A DNA stretch of 64,000 bases from Leucoraja ocellata (lineage: Eukaryota), in contig JAWMAR010000603.1 in NCBI GenBank assembly GCA_036785375.1, forward strand, positions 434,001 to 498,000. Direction: 5' to 3'. The notes under the pieces are model-generated. The model saw only the letters and a program-made list of their open reading frames with translations. It had not been told where the DNA came from and ran no database searches. Below are positions 25,780 to 40,264 of the stretch, piece after piece (the first letter of the stretch is position 1; each line of letters starts with the position of its first letter). A program made the position numbers and the translations under genes.

Positions 25780-27100
25780 CAGGAGTCAAGAGTGAAGTGT
25801 GTTTAATTGTGGCATGTACCAGCAATTGAATAATGAAATTGTTCTTTGCAGCAGCATAACGGGCCCAAAATTGCGACACACCAATAAAAAGTAATTATAT
25901 AAGCTAATAACCGTAATACTAGGTAGCCATAACAGTACAAAACAGAAGTCTGTAGTGCAACCATAGCTCCAATCCACAGAAGTATATAGTTGCTGAGATG
26001 AGTGTTGTGTTGTATTTAAAAGCCTAATAATTGCTAGGAAGCAATTCTTGAACCTGGTTATCATGGTTTTCAGGCTCCTGTACCTTCTTCTCAATGGTAG
26101 GAACGATATGAGAGCATGGCCGGGTTGGCGTGGGTCTTTGATGATATTGGCTGCCTTTTTGAGGCGGTGCCTCCTTCAGATTCTTTGGATGGTGGGATGG
26201 TCATAACTTGTGATGGACTTAGCAGTGTCTACCACTCTGTAATCTCCTTCAGTCCTTGGCATTCGAGATGTCAAACCAGGCGTGCAGTTTTATCTCTCTA
26301 CCATACACCTGTAGTTCAATGGAGTATCCATCAACAGACCATATCTTCGCAATCTTCTAGGGAAGCAGAGACACTGATGAGCTTTCTTTGTCATTCGTCA
26401 ATATGCACACTGGGGAACTTGAAGATCATTAGATGGGAGCAGAATTAGCCCTTTCATGTCTACTCTGCTATTCAAACATTGCTCATCTATGTCTCCTTCC
26501 TAACCCCATTCTCCTGCCTTCTCCCCATAACCTCTGACACCCATAGTAATCAAGAATCTATCTCTGCCTTACTTTGCCTCCACAGCCTTCTGTGGCAAAG
26601 AATGTCACAGATTCACCATCAAGAAGTTGACTCTTTCCACCCCCGTCCATCAATGAAAACAGGCTTGTGGGTCTTCTCCTTTCCCCTCCTGATGTCAACA
26701 ATCAGCTCCTTGGTCCAGCTGATAAGAGATCAAGATTGTTGTTCTGGAACCATTCAATCAGATTTTCAGTCTCCCTTCTGTACTCTGACTTATTATTGCC
26801 GAATATTCGTCCAACAATGGTGGAATTGTCGGCAAATTTAAAGATGGCATAGGAACTGGAGAACGTGGAAAGTAGAACAGGAGACGGAGTACACAGCCTT
26901 GAGGTGTTCCTCTGTTGACATTTATCGAGGAGGAAGTGTTGTCAATTAATACTGATTGTGGTCTGTCAATGAGGAAATTGAGGATCCAGTTATGGAAATT
27001 GGATGAGCAGGGACCAGTATTCTGAGTCTGATATGTTTGGAGTTGATGATGGTGTTGAATGCTGAGCTGCAGGCGATGAAGAACAATCTGGCGTACATGG
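25780..27100 (-). mobile_element. Degenerate Rex1/Babar-type element with an internal CR1 3'-tail fragment (about 26430-26620)
   Basis: ORF fragments [18 protein letters not shown] and RRRYRSLKTMITRFKNCF, with many frameshifts. Confidence 0.75.
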
Positions 27101-29139
27101 TCTTAAGTGGTCCAGTGATTAGTAAAGGGCTATTGAGCTTGGAATAAGAAATAAGGAAAGACAAAGGCTTATAATATTTAAAACAAAATCAGAGTAGTTT
27201 GTGAGGCTAGGAAATTATGAAAGGAAGTTTAGATATATTCCCAATAAAGATTCAAGCCATCAAACTATAGCTTCTGGGACTGAACCTACAGTATTTGGAC
27301 TCACATAATCTAATATCTACCAAGGTAAAAATCTCAAGTCTTCCCTCGTAGGCAATAAATGAGAAATTGTGTCTTCCTCGGACAAAAGTTCTGCTTGCTC
27401 ATGTACAGTGCCAGAAACTCTCAGTTATTGACAAGCAGCTGGTCTTTAATACAAGTTCAGGAAAACGTCATCGGATAGTTGAGTTAGAGATATTTAGCCA
27501 AATGTGTGCTTACATTACACTTGTCATGTCCTACATTACATTTCAAACAGTGATGGCATTTTAAAAAGCTTGCCAGTGCCTTTAAAAAGCGCTATGGGAT
27601 GGGCTGTGTAAAAATAAACATATTTTTCCCATGCAAACAATTCGGCATCATTCAGGAACTCGGACCCCCCTCCCCCTACAGACTATTCCTTCGTTCGTGA
27701 GAAAAAAAAAATCTCATATATATTTAAAACGATACGAGATTTAAACAAAGGAGCATTACTCTCAACCAGTTCTAATTTTGACAAGCCCATTTGTGAGGAT
27801 ACATTTTTGGAGATGCATTCAGGCTCCAAGCATTAATCATATTTATAAATAAGAATTACATAATTCCCTCAGTATTAGGGCAAGATGAGCATAATTACCA
27901 TCAATTTCCAATCAGTATACATGAGATATATTTGCCTTCCATAATCCAATAAAAAGGCAATTATGCTCTAATCCTAGATAGCAGCAAAAAACTGCCAACA
28001 CAGTACATTTATTAAGGCATGTAAACAGTACAGATTCAATTTGCTCAATCCCAATAAATCACATAATCCCTATTTCTGTACAAAATCCTTTTCTAACCCA
28101 CATAAGTAAACGCTAGGTAACCTGGTCTCACAGGGACTTCAAACTCAATTAGTGGTCATTGTTAACGGTAGCAGCAGCCTCCAGTAAGGAAATTTATGGA
28201 ACAAATTTCAGTTTCTTTGTTCTCTAATTTTCTTTAAAATGGAATTTTGATGAAGATTTTGTTTTGCACATGATCTGTCCCATCTTTTTTTACCATGGCT
28301 CAAGAGAATATGATTTAATTTTTTAAGGTTGTTTTGCATTGCAACCACCAACTGATAGATTCAGTTCAGATTCCACATTAATAAAATTCTGTATCTGATG
28401 TTTTCTTTATGGCTGAAATTAAAAAAAGTTTATAAAAATGTATTGATAGTTCTCTTTGCAAAGGGTGATATATTAAACTCCAGCATTTAAAATTATCCCC
28501 TCTGAAGCCATTCTTTGATGACTCATCGCTCTTAATAACTAAAGGCTGCTTATTTCAGCCAGTCTGGGTGATAATCACATCATGAAAGTAAATGCGGTTA
28601 AAAATATAATTGAATCAATTCCACAATATAACTTGTATCCTGTTATATAATTGTGATTTATAATAAGAATCTGTATCGGCTGGTTCTCTGTTTGAATGGC
28701 GACTTGATCACAATTGAAAGCAGGAAAGAGCAGTCACGGCAATATAAACATGTCTTAAATCAATACACAACCGAGACCCATTCAAATGTTTTTTTAAAGA
28801 GAACAGTAGTTAAGATGGTTTACAGATTTTAACTTTTATGCAGACCAGATTATGATAGAAGAGTGCGGGGAGGAACAATGCTTTTTGATCATTCAGTATT
28901 TCCATCTGGTTTGACACAGATGCACACACATTTTCCATCTTCTCCAATTTTTATCCAACAATTAATTCATTTGCAATTCACCATTCCCCAAGAATATTCT
29001 CATCAACAAAATATGAAATAAGTGAACTGCTTTAAATATTAAAACATAATTTACTTTAAGAAAGAAAAATAGGGTTTAAAAAAAATGATACCTCCAAGGG
29101 CAGCTTTTCATTTTAATACTGCTTACAGCAAATGGCTAA

Positions 29140-30610
29140 CTGACCTAGATAGAGTGGATGTAGGGAAGATGTTTTAACTAGAAAGAGATTCGAGGACCAG
29201 AAGGCACAGCCTCAGTATAAAAGAACATATCTTTAGAATGGAGATGAGAAGGTATTGCTTTAGCCAAATGGTGGTGAATATGTGGAATCCATTGCCACAG
29301 ACAGCAGAGGCTAGCCACAGGCAGCAGAGGCTAATTCATCGGGTATTTTTAAAGCAGAGATTGATAGGTTCTTGATTACTAGAAGGGTGTCACAGGCTAT
29401 GGGAGAAGGCAGGAGAATGGGGTTGAGTGAGAAAAAAAAAGACTATGGTCCAAATTATCTAATTCTGCTCCTACTGTATTTTTTATGAACTTCAATCTTT
29501 TTGTTTTTCAGTTTTTGTAAAAATATACAACGTATTTTTTTAAAAAGAGCCAAAACTGGGTCCAAAGACTGAGAGGGCATATGTTATATGAAACAAGCTG
29601 CCATAAATAGCCGAGGCAGATATAATTACGTTTGGATACATGGATAGGGAAGAAGTAGATTGATGCAGGTCAATGCAGACATATGGGATTGGCGTAGAAA
29701 GGCATCATGGTAGGCATTGATGAGGTGGTTTGCAAGGGCCTGTTTCTGTGCAGTACAACTCTATAATTCTAACAATAATTCTTAATTAAAAATGAACACA
29801 AAAATTCTAATTGTTGGTCAGATGGTTTAACGTAAAACGCAGTTATAACATATGTCAGTTATTTGGATGAAGCAGCTAAATATAGTATCTCCAGATCTGC
29901 AGTCAGCACACGGCTGGGGGAAATGTAAGTTGTGAGGAGAATGCAGCGGCCATAATTTGATTTAGACTAGTTGGATGTGGCAAAATGTATGGCAGATGAC
30001 TGAAAGGTTATTTAACAGAAAAACATAACATGAATGGAAAGGGATAAGGTGCAAGGAAGGTGCCCTTGTGCACCAGTTGCTGGAAATAAGTATTTGGATT
30101 TGAGCACAGGAGCAAGGATACTTTGCTGTAAGCATACAGGACCTTGGTCAGACCACATCTCAAATACGTGCAGTTTTGGTCTCCTTCTCCGAGGAAGGAC
30201 GTTCTTGCCATGGGGGCAGTGCAACAAAAATTTACTGGAGTAATTCCTGCGACCGATGTATGATAGAAAATTGGAACAATTTGGCCTATATTCACTTGAC
30301 TTCAAAAGAATGAGTAGGATCTCAGAAACCTATAAAATTTGAATTTGAAATGGACTAGCCAGACTAAATGATAGAGGACCATCCAGAAAGTTCCGGAGTG
30401 TAGAATTCTGAGAGCCCCTGGATAATAGCTCTTCTATTTAGATTTGATATCAGGCAAACTTTCTCCACATGGATAAATATGTTGAATTCTCTACCACAGA
30501 AGGCAAAGACAGCCAAGTCATTATATATATTTAAAGAGGAGATAGGTATGAAACACAGAAGTGGAGCTTTGACCATGATCATATTAAATGGAGGAGCTGG
30601 CCTCCACCTC
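29140..30610 (+). mobile_element. Cluster of degenerate CR1 3' fragments
   Basis: gaggaccagaaggcacagcctcag, ttggtcagaccacatctcaaatac..cagttttggtctcc and aagggcctgtttctgtg. Confidence 0.7.
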
Positions 30611-31925
30611 CTATTTTCCGTCTGCAGATGGAACTCAAATGCATCTTTAGAAAATGTTGATATAATCATAGTTGCACAACGTAGGAAATCATAAATATTA
30701 AGCAGAAAGGAAAAAAATCATCAAGCCAGCAAAAAACAAATATTAGCACTTCTACAGCAGATTTGACAGTGTTAATATTTAGTAGATTAATTTAATCAGT
30801 TAGAATTGTGCATCATTAACATTTTGTAAGATCAGCTATGCTTTGGAAGCTGATAGATGCTCAAAGGGGAATTGAACTATTTAATTTGAACATTTCAACA
30901 CCACCAATTTGCATCTGGTAAGCTTTCTTACTTGAAAATGGTTCTAAGTACATGGCAAAAACCTATAAGCTGACACCCAGGCTTCTGGTTAAAAATCCTG
31001 GAATATTATCTCAGCAAAAAATGAAAGAGCAACGTATCAATCAATACTATTACACAAGAGAACAGTTGCATTTGCCTACAGTTATTATGCTATAAAACAG
31101 CCGGTGCACTTATAAACAAAAACGTTTTTTTACGTGCTTAAGTAATGTGGACAGCGTGGCATCAGTTACAAACAAAAGCAAAGAGATATGAATTAAAATA
31201 CTATGATTCACCACTTCATTCACTATCATTATTTCACAAGGACAAGCACAAGTCATCAATATTATTTTTTAACAATTATCCGTTCCAGTCGACACACTAA
31301 AATGTGGTTGGGTCTACATCAACATAACAGGTGTGCAAACTATTCACTGCCTTTGAGCAGTAGTCTGTTCTGCAAGGCGAGAAAGTTCAATTCATTAGCA
31401 TACAGCTGACAGTCTGCAGTTTAGGAGAGAACTAGAACACTCTATGCATCATTATCTACATTCAATGTTTGAACAAATTTTTCTTCATGAAGAAATATCA
31501 AAGCCTGCAAATCAACAGAAGACATTGTCCAGAAACAATATAACCACACAAATTCTACATCACTTATTCTTTGTATGCTGAAAAAAAGTAATGACAACAG
31601 GTCTTAAAATAAAAGCCCTTAACATTTTTACCAGCTTTCCCTCTGCTTTTTTGTATTGACTTATTATTTGCTGTGTACCATTTTGATCCATACCATTCCA
31701 AGAACAAGTTAAAACACCTGTAATCTCAGAACATCTAGGAAATCTTCTGAACACATTTTCAGTTAATTTTGCTTGATTGATAACAGAGCAATTGTGTTTA
31801 GTAGCAAGACAATTGTATTTATAAGCCATATTGCCTCTTGGTATCATTTTAAAAGTGAACAGCACTGACTTTTTACTTGAAGGATATCTATTTGCGACTG
31901 TAGTGGCCATTTGGCTTCTTTTGTG

Positions 31926-32310
31926 TGTCATTAATTGCGGTGTTTGTCTTTAAATTTTAGACTGCCCGTTATTATGTGGGTGGGATTTATTAAGTAATCA
32001 AGGGCGTGTTTGGTGCTGGGTTTCTTGCGCAGAAGCTTAGTTTTTAGTTCAGCTTGGAGCTACATGAGGAAGGAACACCCTTCGACCATGTGAAGTTTAA
32101 CCGAGACACGAGGAGTTTTCTAACGTTTAAAGTGATATGTTGGAGTTTGACGAAGGTTAAAGTGTACGAGTCAGAGTATCAGATCGGATGAATATCTTAT
32201 TGTCTTTCTTCAACAATAAAGAAACTATCAATCAAAAGAATGTGTTATGAAGATTTACTTGTGAAGAAGATCTGAAGGTTTCACGCAGAGCTCACATGCG
32301 TATTACGACA
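31926..32310 (+). mobile_element. Possible solo LTR
   Basis: TGTCAT...ACGACA imperfect inverted termini, internal AATAAA at about 32215, CpG-richer than flanks. No TSD found. Confidence 0.3.
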
Positions 32311-32679
32311 TTCTCCTACAGCCATGTAGTCTCTTTAGTGGCTAGAGGGAGTAATCTCTTGAACGATATAAAAATCTGCCACTTCAGCTAATGCATTCAG
32401 ATCATGAACAAACCCTAATATCTTCAAATAACTGAAATACTCCATTTGCAATTTGCAGTATTTTTAAATAATTACTCTGTATAAAGTCTAATTATGCTTT
32501 CCTTCCCTCCATCCCATCCCACACAATTAAATAATGAATCCAAGGGAACTGAACTGAAATGCTTAAGACTAGTCATTAAGATACAGACTACAAAAAGCAA
32601 TCAATTGAGCTTCATGGTGGGAAAAAGGGCATTGCCTTTCTTGGGCTCAAGAATCTTGAGCAAAAAACAAAGTGCTAGT

Positions 32680-33175
32680 GGAACTCTTACTTGAGCCTTA
32701 CTCTGACAGAACGGTGGGTATAGGAATTGGAATCAAAATGGTTAGCAACTGGAAGGTCCAGCAGGCCTTGACAGACAGTTCGGCAAAATGGTTCCTTGTC
32801 TGCGCTCGGTCTCACCAATGTAAAGGGAGCCACAATGGAAGCACCAAATGGAATAGAAGAGGTTAGAGGAGGTGCACATGAACCCTATCTCACTTGTTAG
32901 GGCTGCTGGGATCTCTGGATGGAAGTGAGAGAGGAGGTATTACATCTGAAGAGATTGCAGAGGAAACTGCTCAACGAGGAGGCAGGTTGAGACAGATAAG
33001 CAAATCAACATATTGCAGAGACAGCGATCTCTATAGAAAGCAGAAAGGGGATGGATGGGTAGATGTAAATGGCATTGGTTCCATGGTTTCTTTCCAATTG
33101 TATGTTGTGCTAACGTTGTTTTTTGTCATGTCTACCTTCAATTTAAATCAGCATCTGCAGTTCTTTCCTACACAT
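32680..33175 (-). mobile_element. Degenerate Penelope-like GIY-YIG remnant with an adjacent terminal-repeat fragment
   Basis: Minus-strand reading LFYSIWCFHCGSLYIGETERRQ around 32790-32860. Terminal-repeat-type sequence tgtctaccttc...cagcatctgcagttc at about 33130-33175. Confidence 0.7.
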
Positions 33176-33739
33176 TAGTTCAAGTGAACCATGGTGCGCA
33201 GTAGGTGAAATAAGTTAAGTGCAGTAAAAGGCAAGTTAATATTCAAAATAAACAGCAGACACTAAGGTTTCCACTGAATACTGAACATGTAAGAACTCAA
33301 TCACCAAAACAGTGGCAAAAGAACTCAGGATGGCAAATTCACTAAAAACATAATTAAATTCACATCTTCGGTTGGGTAAGCTTACAGATTGCGGAACTAA
33401 AAACCTAACGTTTTACCAATTTTCTAAACATTTCCCTGGGTACCAAAGAACAGATATTGATTTTAAAAGCCGGTGCACAAAAAAAAAACATTTTAAAATT
33501 CACTATATTCTATTATATTCACTGGCAAATTATATATATGGGTAAACATTAGTTTTAACCCAGACATATATGCAGAACAGTAATTATAGCTCTAAACACT
33601 CACCTAACCTCCTTGTAACGAATGGCAGGATTTTCTAGGGTATTCTACACAAGGTAACTTACATTCATGGTTAGTTCCAGGTAATTTACTTTAATTGCGG
33701 TGCAGAAGGCTATAAGCAGTATCACTGGTATTCCGCAGA

Positions 33740-34100
33740 GCACAAGAAATTGAGGTGTGATCTTATAGACTGAGGTATACAAAATCACAAGGGCCATATG
33801 CAGTCTTTTTCCCGAGGGTTGGGAAAACAAGAACTTGAGGATGTAAGAGGTGAAAGAAGAAAGATTGAACAGGAACCAGAGAAGGAGCTTCTTCATACAG
33901 AAGGTTAATGGGTATATGTAATGAGCTGTCTCATGTAGTTGAGGCAATACAATAACAACATTAAAAAAAAATACATTTGAACAGGTCCATGGATAGGAAA
34001 GGTTTAAGGGATTTGGGCCAAGTGGGACTAGTTTGGATTTGGGCATCTTGGTTGGCATGGATGAGTTGGGCAGGATGGCCTGTTTCCATGCTCTATGACT
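33740..34100 (+). mobile_element. CR1 3' fragment
   Basis: gtgatcttatagac..ggtatacaaaatc...ggcctgtttccatgctctatgact. Confidence 0.75.
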
Positions 34101-34235
34101 TCAGTCTGAAGAAGGGTCCCAACCCAAAACATTACCTATCCATGTTCTCCAGAGTTGCTGACTGACCCACTGAGTTGCTCTAGCACTTTGTGCCTTTTCT
34201 TGTAAACCAGCATCTGTAGTTACTTATTTCTACAC
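34101..34235 (+). mobile_element. Penelope terminal-repeat-derived short element abutting a CR1 3' end
   Basis: tcagtctgaagaagggtcccaacccaaaac...ctgagttgctctagc...cagcatctgtagtt. Confidence 0.8.
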
Positions 34236-36727
34236 TCTAATGCTATATGGAGGTTGAAACACCATCTTTAAATTTTAGTTTGTTTGTGGGGCATTTCACG
34301 CTATGCATCCCACAAAAATTCAAACAGAAAATCTTCAAACAAAACCATACCAACTCTTCATAAATGGAGATATATTTGGAAATCAATCTGCCCTGACACC
34401 AGAAAATAAAACAAAACAGGAGAAAAAAAGTATATCCAACCTTGAAGTTTGCCAACTCAGTATTTTTTTAGCCTTTTATGTTTTAGACCAAAATTTAGAA
34501 ATACAAAATAGAAAATTGACATTCTGCCAGATATGCGTTTCTCAGCGATCTTAAACCCTTTGATGTTTACTGCTATAGAATAAATTGTTGCCAAATGTGG
34601 GAATGAGACTGGAAACAGTTCAGATGAAATCAAGTTTTTACAGCAATGAATCCAACACGTTAAAAAGGTGAGACTTCATAACTTTGAGAAAAGAGAAAGT
34701 CATAGTAATGAAAAATATTTTCATAATTTCTCTTCAATGAGGTTCAACTACAGTGACCTTCTAAAAGAACCAAAAGAAAATCTGCAAACAATAATATCAG
34801 CCGTGAGAATAAAACGCAGGCAGACTGCAAATGGCTGTCCACTTTCATGCTGAAAGTGAGTCACACACAACGAAGGGTCGGGGGGGGGGGGGGGGGGGGG
34901 GTAAAAAAAACCCACCAGCATACATGGGAGGAGGGGAACCAGTTGGTATGCAGGTCCCCTCTCTGCAAAGCAAAGTTATAAAAGGGTCTGGCAAAGCTCT
35001 CCAGGAACAGATATAACTGGCAACAGAGAGAGATGACGAAAAAGAAAAAGGTCAAGGAGCAAATAGTCTAGTGTCTGCCATATGTTACGACCAACTTTAT
35101 CCTCTGTTGCTGGAAGCAAATATTCTGAGTTTTTGCTCTAAACTTGCTGAAAACAGCCAATTTTATTTTAAATGGGTATCTATTTTTGTTTTACTGGACA
35201 ACAGCAATGAAAATCTGATATTTGAACATTTTCAAGCTGCACAGCTTTGTTCTGACTTTTCTTAAATATGTCAATGGTTCCCACATTTTGAAGACAAGAT
35301 GGTTTTGATTAATTGGTTCCATCTAGGGACAAATCTATAAATTGTTTGCCTCAGTAAATTACTCCGACTACAGCTGTGCCCAAATCCCTTTCATTAAAAA
35401 GCTCAGTTGCTCAACCACAAATTAAACATTACATTCCATCAGCTCTCGACTCTGCTCGTGTCCTCTTGGCTGCTGCAATCCTTCAAAGTGATTCCCTTAG
35501 CTTCTGCAACGCAGATCATCTTGCCTGCTTTATCTGTGTGCTCCAAAACATTTTACAGAAAACTAATGTGGAAGTTGTTACACATCTGGAAAAAATGTGA
35601 GCATAAACTCTCTATGGAGAATCTGGTTTCTCCATACTGACTACATTTCGCATGACGTTAACACCAACTCTTGAGCATGGGAGAGAAGGCAGTCATTTCG
35701 TTAACAAAAACAAGCTACAGGTGCAGTTTATCACCAGCATTCTATTCATCAGGATGAGCTGCTACAACAAGCATATCTTTTTCCACACAAACTACTTAAA
35801 AGAACATGATTTTCTTTTTTAATATAAGGTTTAATTGGAACCACGGCCATAAATGAATGTTTGAAATTGCATCAGCACTTAAACCACATTGCAAAGTAGA
35901 TCCTTCTGATTAATCAGTTTTGGGCATGCAACAGGATCCACTCATAGTAGAATAAACAGATTCACAAGACTGCACTTTATACTTCAATCGCTAAAATCAT
36001 TAATGACATCTGCAAGTGGCTTCAAAAGGCAGTATCCTTATGCATTTAATACTGACATCAGCAGAGAAGGAACAAAAAAGAGAATGTAAATGAAAATACC
36101 AGTTAGTACATAATTTTAATATCACATTTGGCTCACAGAGTCATTAGAATTACATCTGGCACTGGTATCTAATGTTACTGGACGGCAGTTATTGAGATAG
36201 TAGTCGTGTTCAAAAATATTAAAAACTGCAAGGATATCTCATGAACGTATCAGAAATACATTAACTCTATACTTCCAGGTGTCGATAAACCACTTAAAAA
36301 AACTTGTTTCAGAGGAAGATTACAAGATCACAACGTTGAAACCAACAAATAAAATGTACCAATTCATCGTTGCTTCAGTAAACTGATAAAATTGTAGATA
36401 AGCTTGTTTTCAAATGGCAAGAGTCTTAACTGAGCAGTACCTGTTAAAACAGCTCCAGATTCTGAATATATTCAGTCATCCAGGAAAAGCCAATTAGCTA
36501 ACTTCCGCCCTGTCTATTCATAATCATCAACAAAATGAAAGGTTGGTGTGAACAGTGCAATCAAACAGCACTTACTTGCCATAACCTACTCACCAGTGCC
36601 CAGTTTGAGTTTGGGGGTCCAAAGTTTTTCCATAGCCTTGGTATATTATTCACCAGAGCCGAGTTTAGATTGACTAACCATGACATCAAGGTAGCATCAA
36701 AAATACTGTCGCATAGCTCAAACCAAT

Positions 36728-36795
36728 ACCCGCTGAGTTTCTCCAGCATTTTTGTCTACCTTCGATTTTCCAGCATCTGCAGTTCCTTCTTAAAA
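36728..36795 (+). mobile_element. Penelope terminal-repeat fragment (3' part)
   Basis: acccgctgagtttctccagcatttttgtctaccttcgattttccagcatctgcagttccttcttaaa, which matches the 63646-63710 arm in reverse. Confidence 0.8.
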
Positions 36796-36977
36796 ACTCT
36801 GGAGAGTTCAGGAGCATACTGAGCACCAACACAGACTGACACAGACTGGTGAATGCTGGGACCATCAACTCAGAACCTGGACATAACTGCACTAGTTATT
36901 TTTGGGCAGTGTCCTCAAGCAAGGCCATCTTCAATTGAATCGGTGACCTTCCTACCATCACATGGTCAGCAACACTC

Positions 36978-37212
36978 TCATAGAATCATAGGAAATAGGT
37001 GCAGGAGTACGCCATTCGGCCCTTCGACCCAGCACTGCCATTCAATATGATCATGGTTGATCATCCAAAATCAGTACGCCGTTCCTGCTTTCTCCCCATA
37101 TCCCTTGATTCCGTTAGCCATAAGAGCTATATATATATATAGCGCTCTTGGAAACATCCATTGAATTGGCCTCCACTGCCTTCTGTGGCAGAGAATTCCA
37201 CAACACTCTGGG
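36978..37212 (-). mobile_element. CR1 3' tail fragment
   Basis: gccattcggcccttcg...gccttctgtggcagagaattccac, shared with 1170-1340. Confidence 0.8.
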
Positions 37213-38708
37213 TCTCGATAGCACCAAGTACCTACAAGACAGACTCTTGCAGTCCAACTGATCTTAACTGATTTTCCACATCTTAACTGTGCATTGTGCT
37301 GTTTGATGCTGTAACAACTGTGTGAGCACTATACCTGCACAAACATTGAACAGCTTGATTTAGCAAATTATTAAAATTCCAAAATAAATCCAGAAACACA
37401 AGGACATTTTCACGTAATTCCGACACAGTTCGATACTTCCTAGAAATTAATCGTGAATTGTTTCTCACTAAATTTGACAAAGCTGCGATCTTTCCGCAAA
37501 TATTAAGCAGATGACTACCCAGGAAAGGACATAAATTCACCTGAATAAATAAAGTTCATTCTCTTCAATGATTTCACAGCAGAGAATTAATCTTATTTAA
37601 TTAAAAACTCGTACCAGTTTTGTGATTTATGCATTCCAATTATTTATGTACATGCACAATATTTCCTTATACTTAGATTAGGATCAATTTTGATACAGAA
37701 GTGAATAATATGTTTCGCTGAACAACTTGGCAATGATAAAATTATTTCAGAGTAGCTGCTTTAAATGATCTGAACCCATGAGTTAAAGCACCCACAGTCC
37801 AGATGGGATTTTCCAAAATGATTTACACATAAAGTGCCACATACTGCAGACTCTCTTAAAAGTCAGCTGAGAGCCAATTTCACTGAGTAGTTTAAGGTGA
37901 CAATAGATTAACTGGGCAAACAAATGATTAGCGTACATTTAAGCCGTTCAGAGAAATTTTAGCTAATGTTGGTCCAGTTGACCAGAAACAGCAAATAGTA
38001 ATCACCAAATTTTAATCAACACCATTCAAATTCAATCTGTCAATTTACTTCAATATTTGTAACAAAGTAAACAATACTGAACAAGTAACCGGCAGATAAA
38101 TTGTTTGAAGCTGAAAACTAACCGTTTTTAAAACCATATTTCTCCCCAATTGGAAAGCAACTGATGTAAAATATTACATAAGAACATTTACCACAAGGAT
38201 AGAGGTTTGATGAATTGGGGAGTAAAACAGATGTGGCTTAATGCAAGTTTGAAAGCACTAACTCAACAAGAACATATATTACATTTTCTACAGCAACATT
38301 GCAGCCAAAGATTACCATCTTCGATTCAGAAGCAGATTTTAAAAAAAAATGAAATCAATCATGACACATTGGAATTTCAATGTAAGATGACATCATGAAC
38401 TTCACCTGCAGCAGAAACATCTTCATGCACAACAGTGTATCAAACTTTGTAGTTATAATTTTGGATGAGGTTAGTCATAATCATTTACTGAACTAAATCT
38501 TAACATTTAATAACTTAACCAATACAAAGAATCTTTACAAAGCAACTGATTTTTCCAACATTTGGAAAGTTGGTGGGTATACCTCGTTCACATGTCATAT
38601 TTTTGTTTTAGGTTTAAATCAAGCATAAAAGTTATGAGAATAATTTCTCACCTATTAACTGTACTTTTCAACCACATTAAAATGAAACTCGTGATAATAC
38701 AAAATTAC

Positions 38709-38915
38709 CATTGATGCTTGCCGACTGGATGTTACCAGTGCAGATGCTCCAAAGTTTGAATTCAGTCCACCAATTGGCCCATTTTGGGATGGTCCCAGTA
38801 AACTATGCATGTCGCTATGGCCACCAGACATGCTGGTTGAAGGCCCAACAGCGTGGTTTCTGAGAACGTGGATGGCATCATCCAGTCTGTCTAGACGATC
38901 CTCCATTCGGGTTTG
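38709..38915 (-). CDS. TCF12: TCF12 coding exon, [69 protein letters not shown]
   Basis: ORF track 38655..38906 shows the conserved [20 protein letters not shown] activation-domain helix. Acceptor ttgacag, donor gtaatt, 207 nt, phase 0-0. Confidence 0.97.
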
Positions 38916-39352
38916 CTGTCAAGAAAAAAATATGCTGAATAAAGACATTTGCAAAGGCAACAATTCTGCTGAGGTAAACTCGCAGCTGACTGCTTAATAT
39001 AATAGGTCATGAATAAGAAATGAAAGGGATAGAAGCTAAACAAATGGTTTCAACAGCAGCCACAGGCATTTGGAATATGTTTCAAATTATAAGTAGGATA
39101 TCTGAGGAAAGGAAATTTTCAAAAAACTGCACATTAAAGGGGACCATTTATTTTGTGGAGGCAATTTGACCAGTTCTAATTTTCTCAACAAAAGAAAGAA
39201 ATATTAAGATGGTATTTCTGCTCTTTGACATGCTCCTTTTTTGGATAACCATCTATAAATAAATCAAAATTATTAAAACAGAAAACGTGGATCTAAGCCA
39301 GAAGGGAAAAAAAAATGTTTGGCACATTGTTGTAATTCATGCAGATGGTCTA

Positions 39353-39511
<159 letters not shown>

Positions 39512-39889
39512 TTAATAGGAACACCACAAAAGTGAAGCAAATCCAAAAGCTCCAGTAAATTAATACTGAGGTTATAACTTTATTGAACAGAGGAGAAATT
39601 TAGTTGGCAATTATTATCTCTCTGGTTGTGCTCAATTGAAAAATGACTTTCATCCCCTATTTTTGTAATAACTCAAAAAGCATATACTAGAAGCAAAGAG
39701 TAGGATGGGCGGCAGGCAGCTTCAAATTTACTTTTGATTAATAATTACTTTGGATCTTATTCGTTCTTTGCTCAAATATGGCTATCTCACAACCACTGCA
39801 TGAAGTGTAATATCCAAATATTCTGGCCAGCTTGAAGTAGTCTTGCGATAAAATGTTCACTGACCTTCCTCAACTGTTGTTTAACAGAG

Positions 39890-40109
39890 TAATGCCCCTG
39901 TCCCACTTAGGAAACCTCTGGAGACTTTGCGCCCCACCCAAGGTTTCCGTGCGGTTCCCGGAGGTTGCAGGTGGTTGCTGGAGGTTGCAGGTAGTGGAAG
40001 CGGGTAGGGAGACTGACAAAAACCTCCGGGAACCACACAGAAACCTTGGGTGGGGTGCAAAGTCTCCAGAGGTTTCCGTTCAGGTTTCCTAAGTGGGACA
40101 GGGGCATTA
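39890..40109. mobile_element. MITE (non-autonomous DNA transposon) with long inverted arms
   Basis: TIR (ta)atgcccctgtcccacttaggaaacct...aggtttcctaagtgggacaggggcat(ta), plus roughly 55 bp of further internal inverted repeat, flanked by TA. Confidence 0.88.
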
Positions 40110-40264
40110 GCAACTAAAATTCATTCTCCAGAAAGCCAAATGTATTAAAAACCCAGACGATTAGTGCTCAACTGGGTTTGCAGCAGCATCTGCCACTCCA
40201 GGACATCCGACTGCTAAAAGCGGTGAACTCAGCCCCATCCACCGCGAGCATTACTAACCCCCCC

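Noticed and set aside
35433-35513. Short minus-strand ORF MICVAEAKGITLKDCSSQEDTSRVES as an extra TCF12 exon
   Set aside because: No convincing splice sites, it ends in a stop, and the flanking exons already join in frame.
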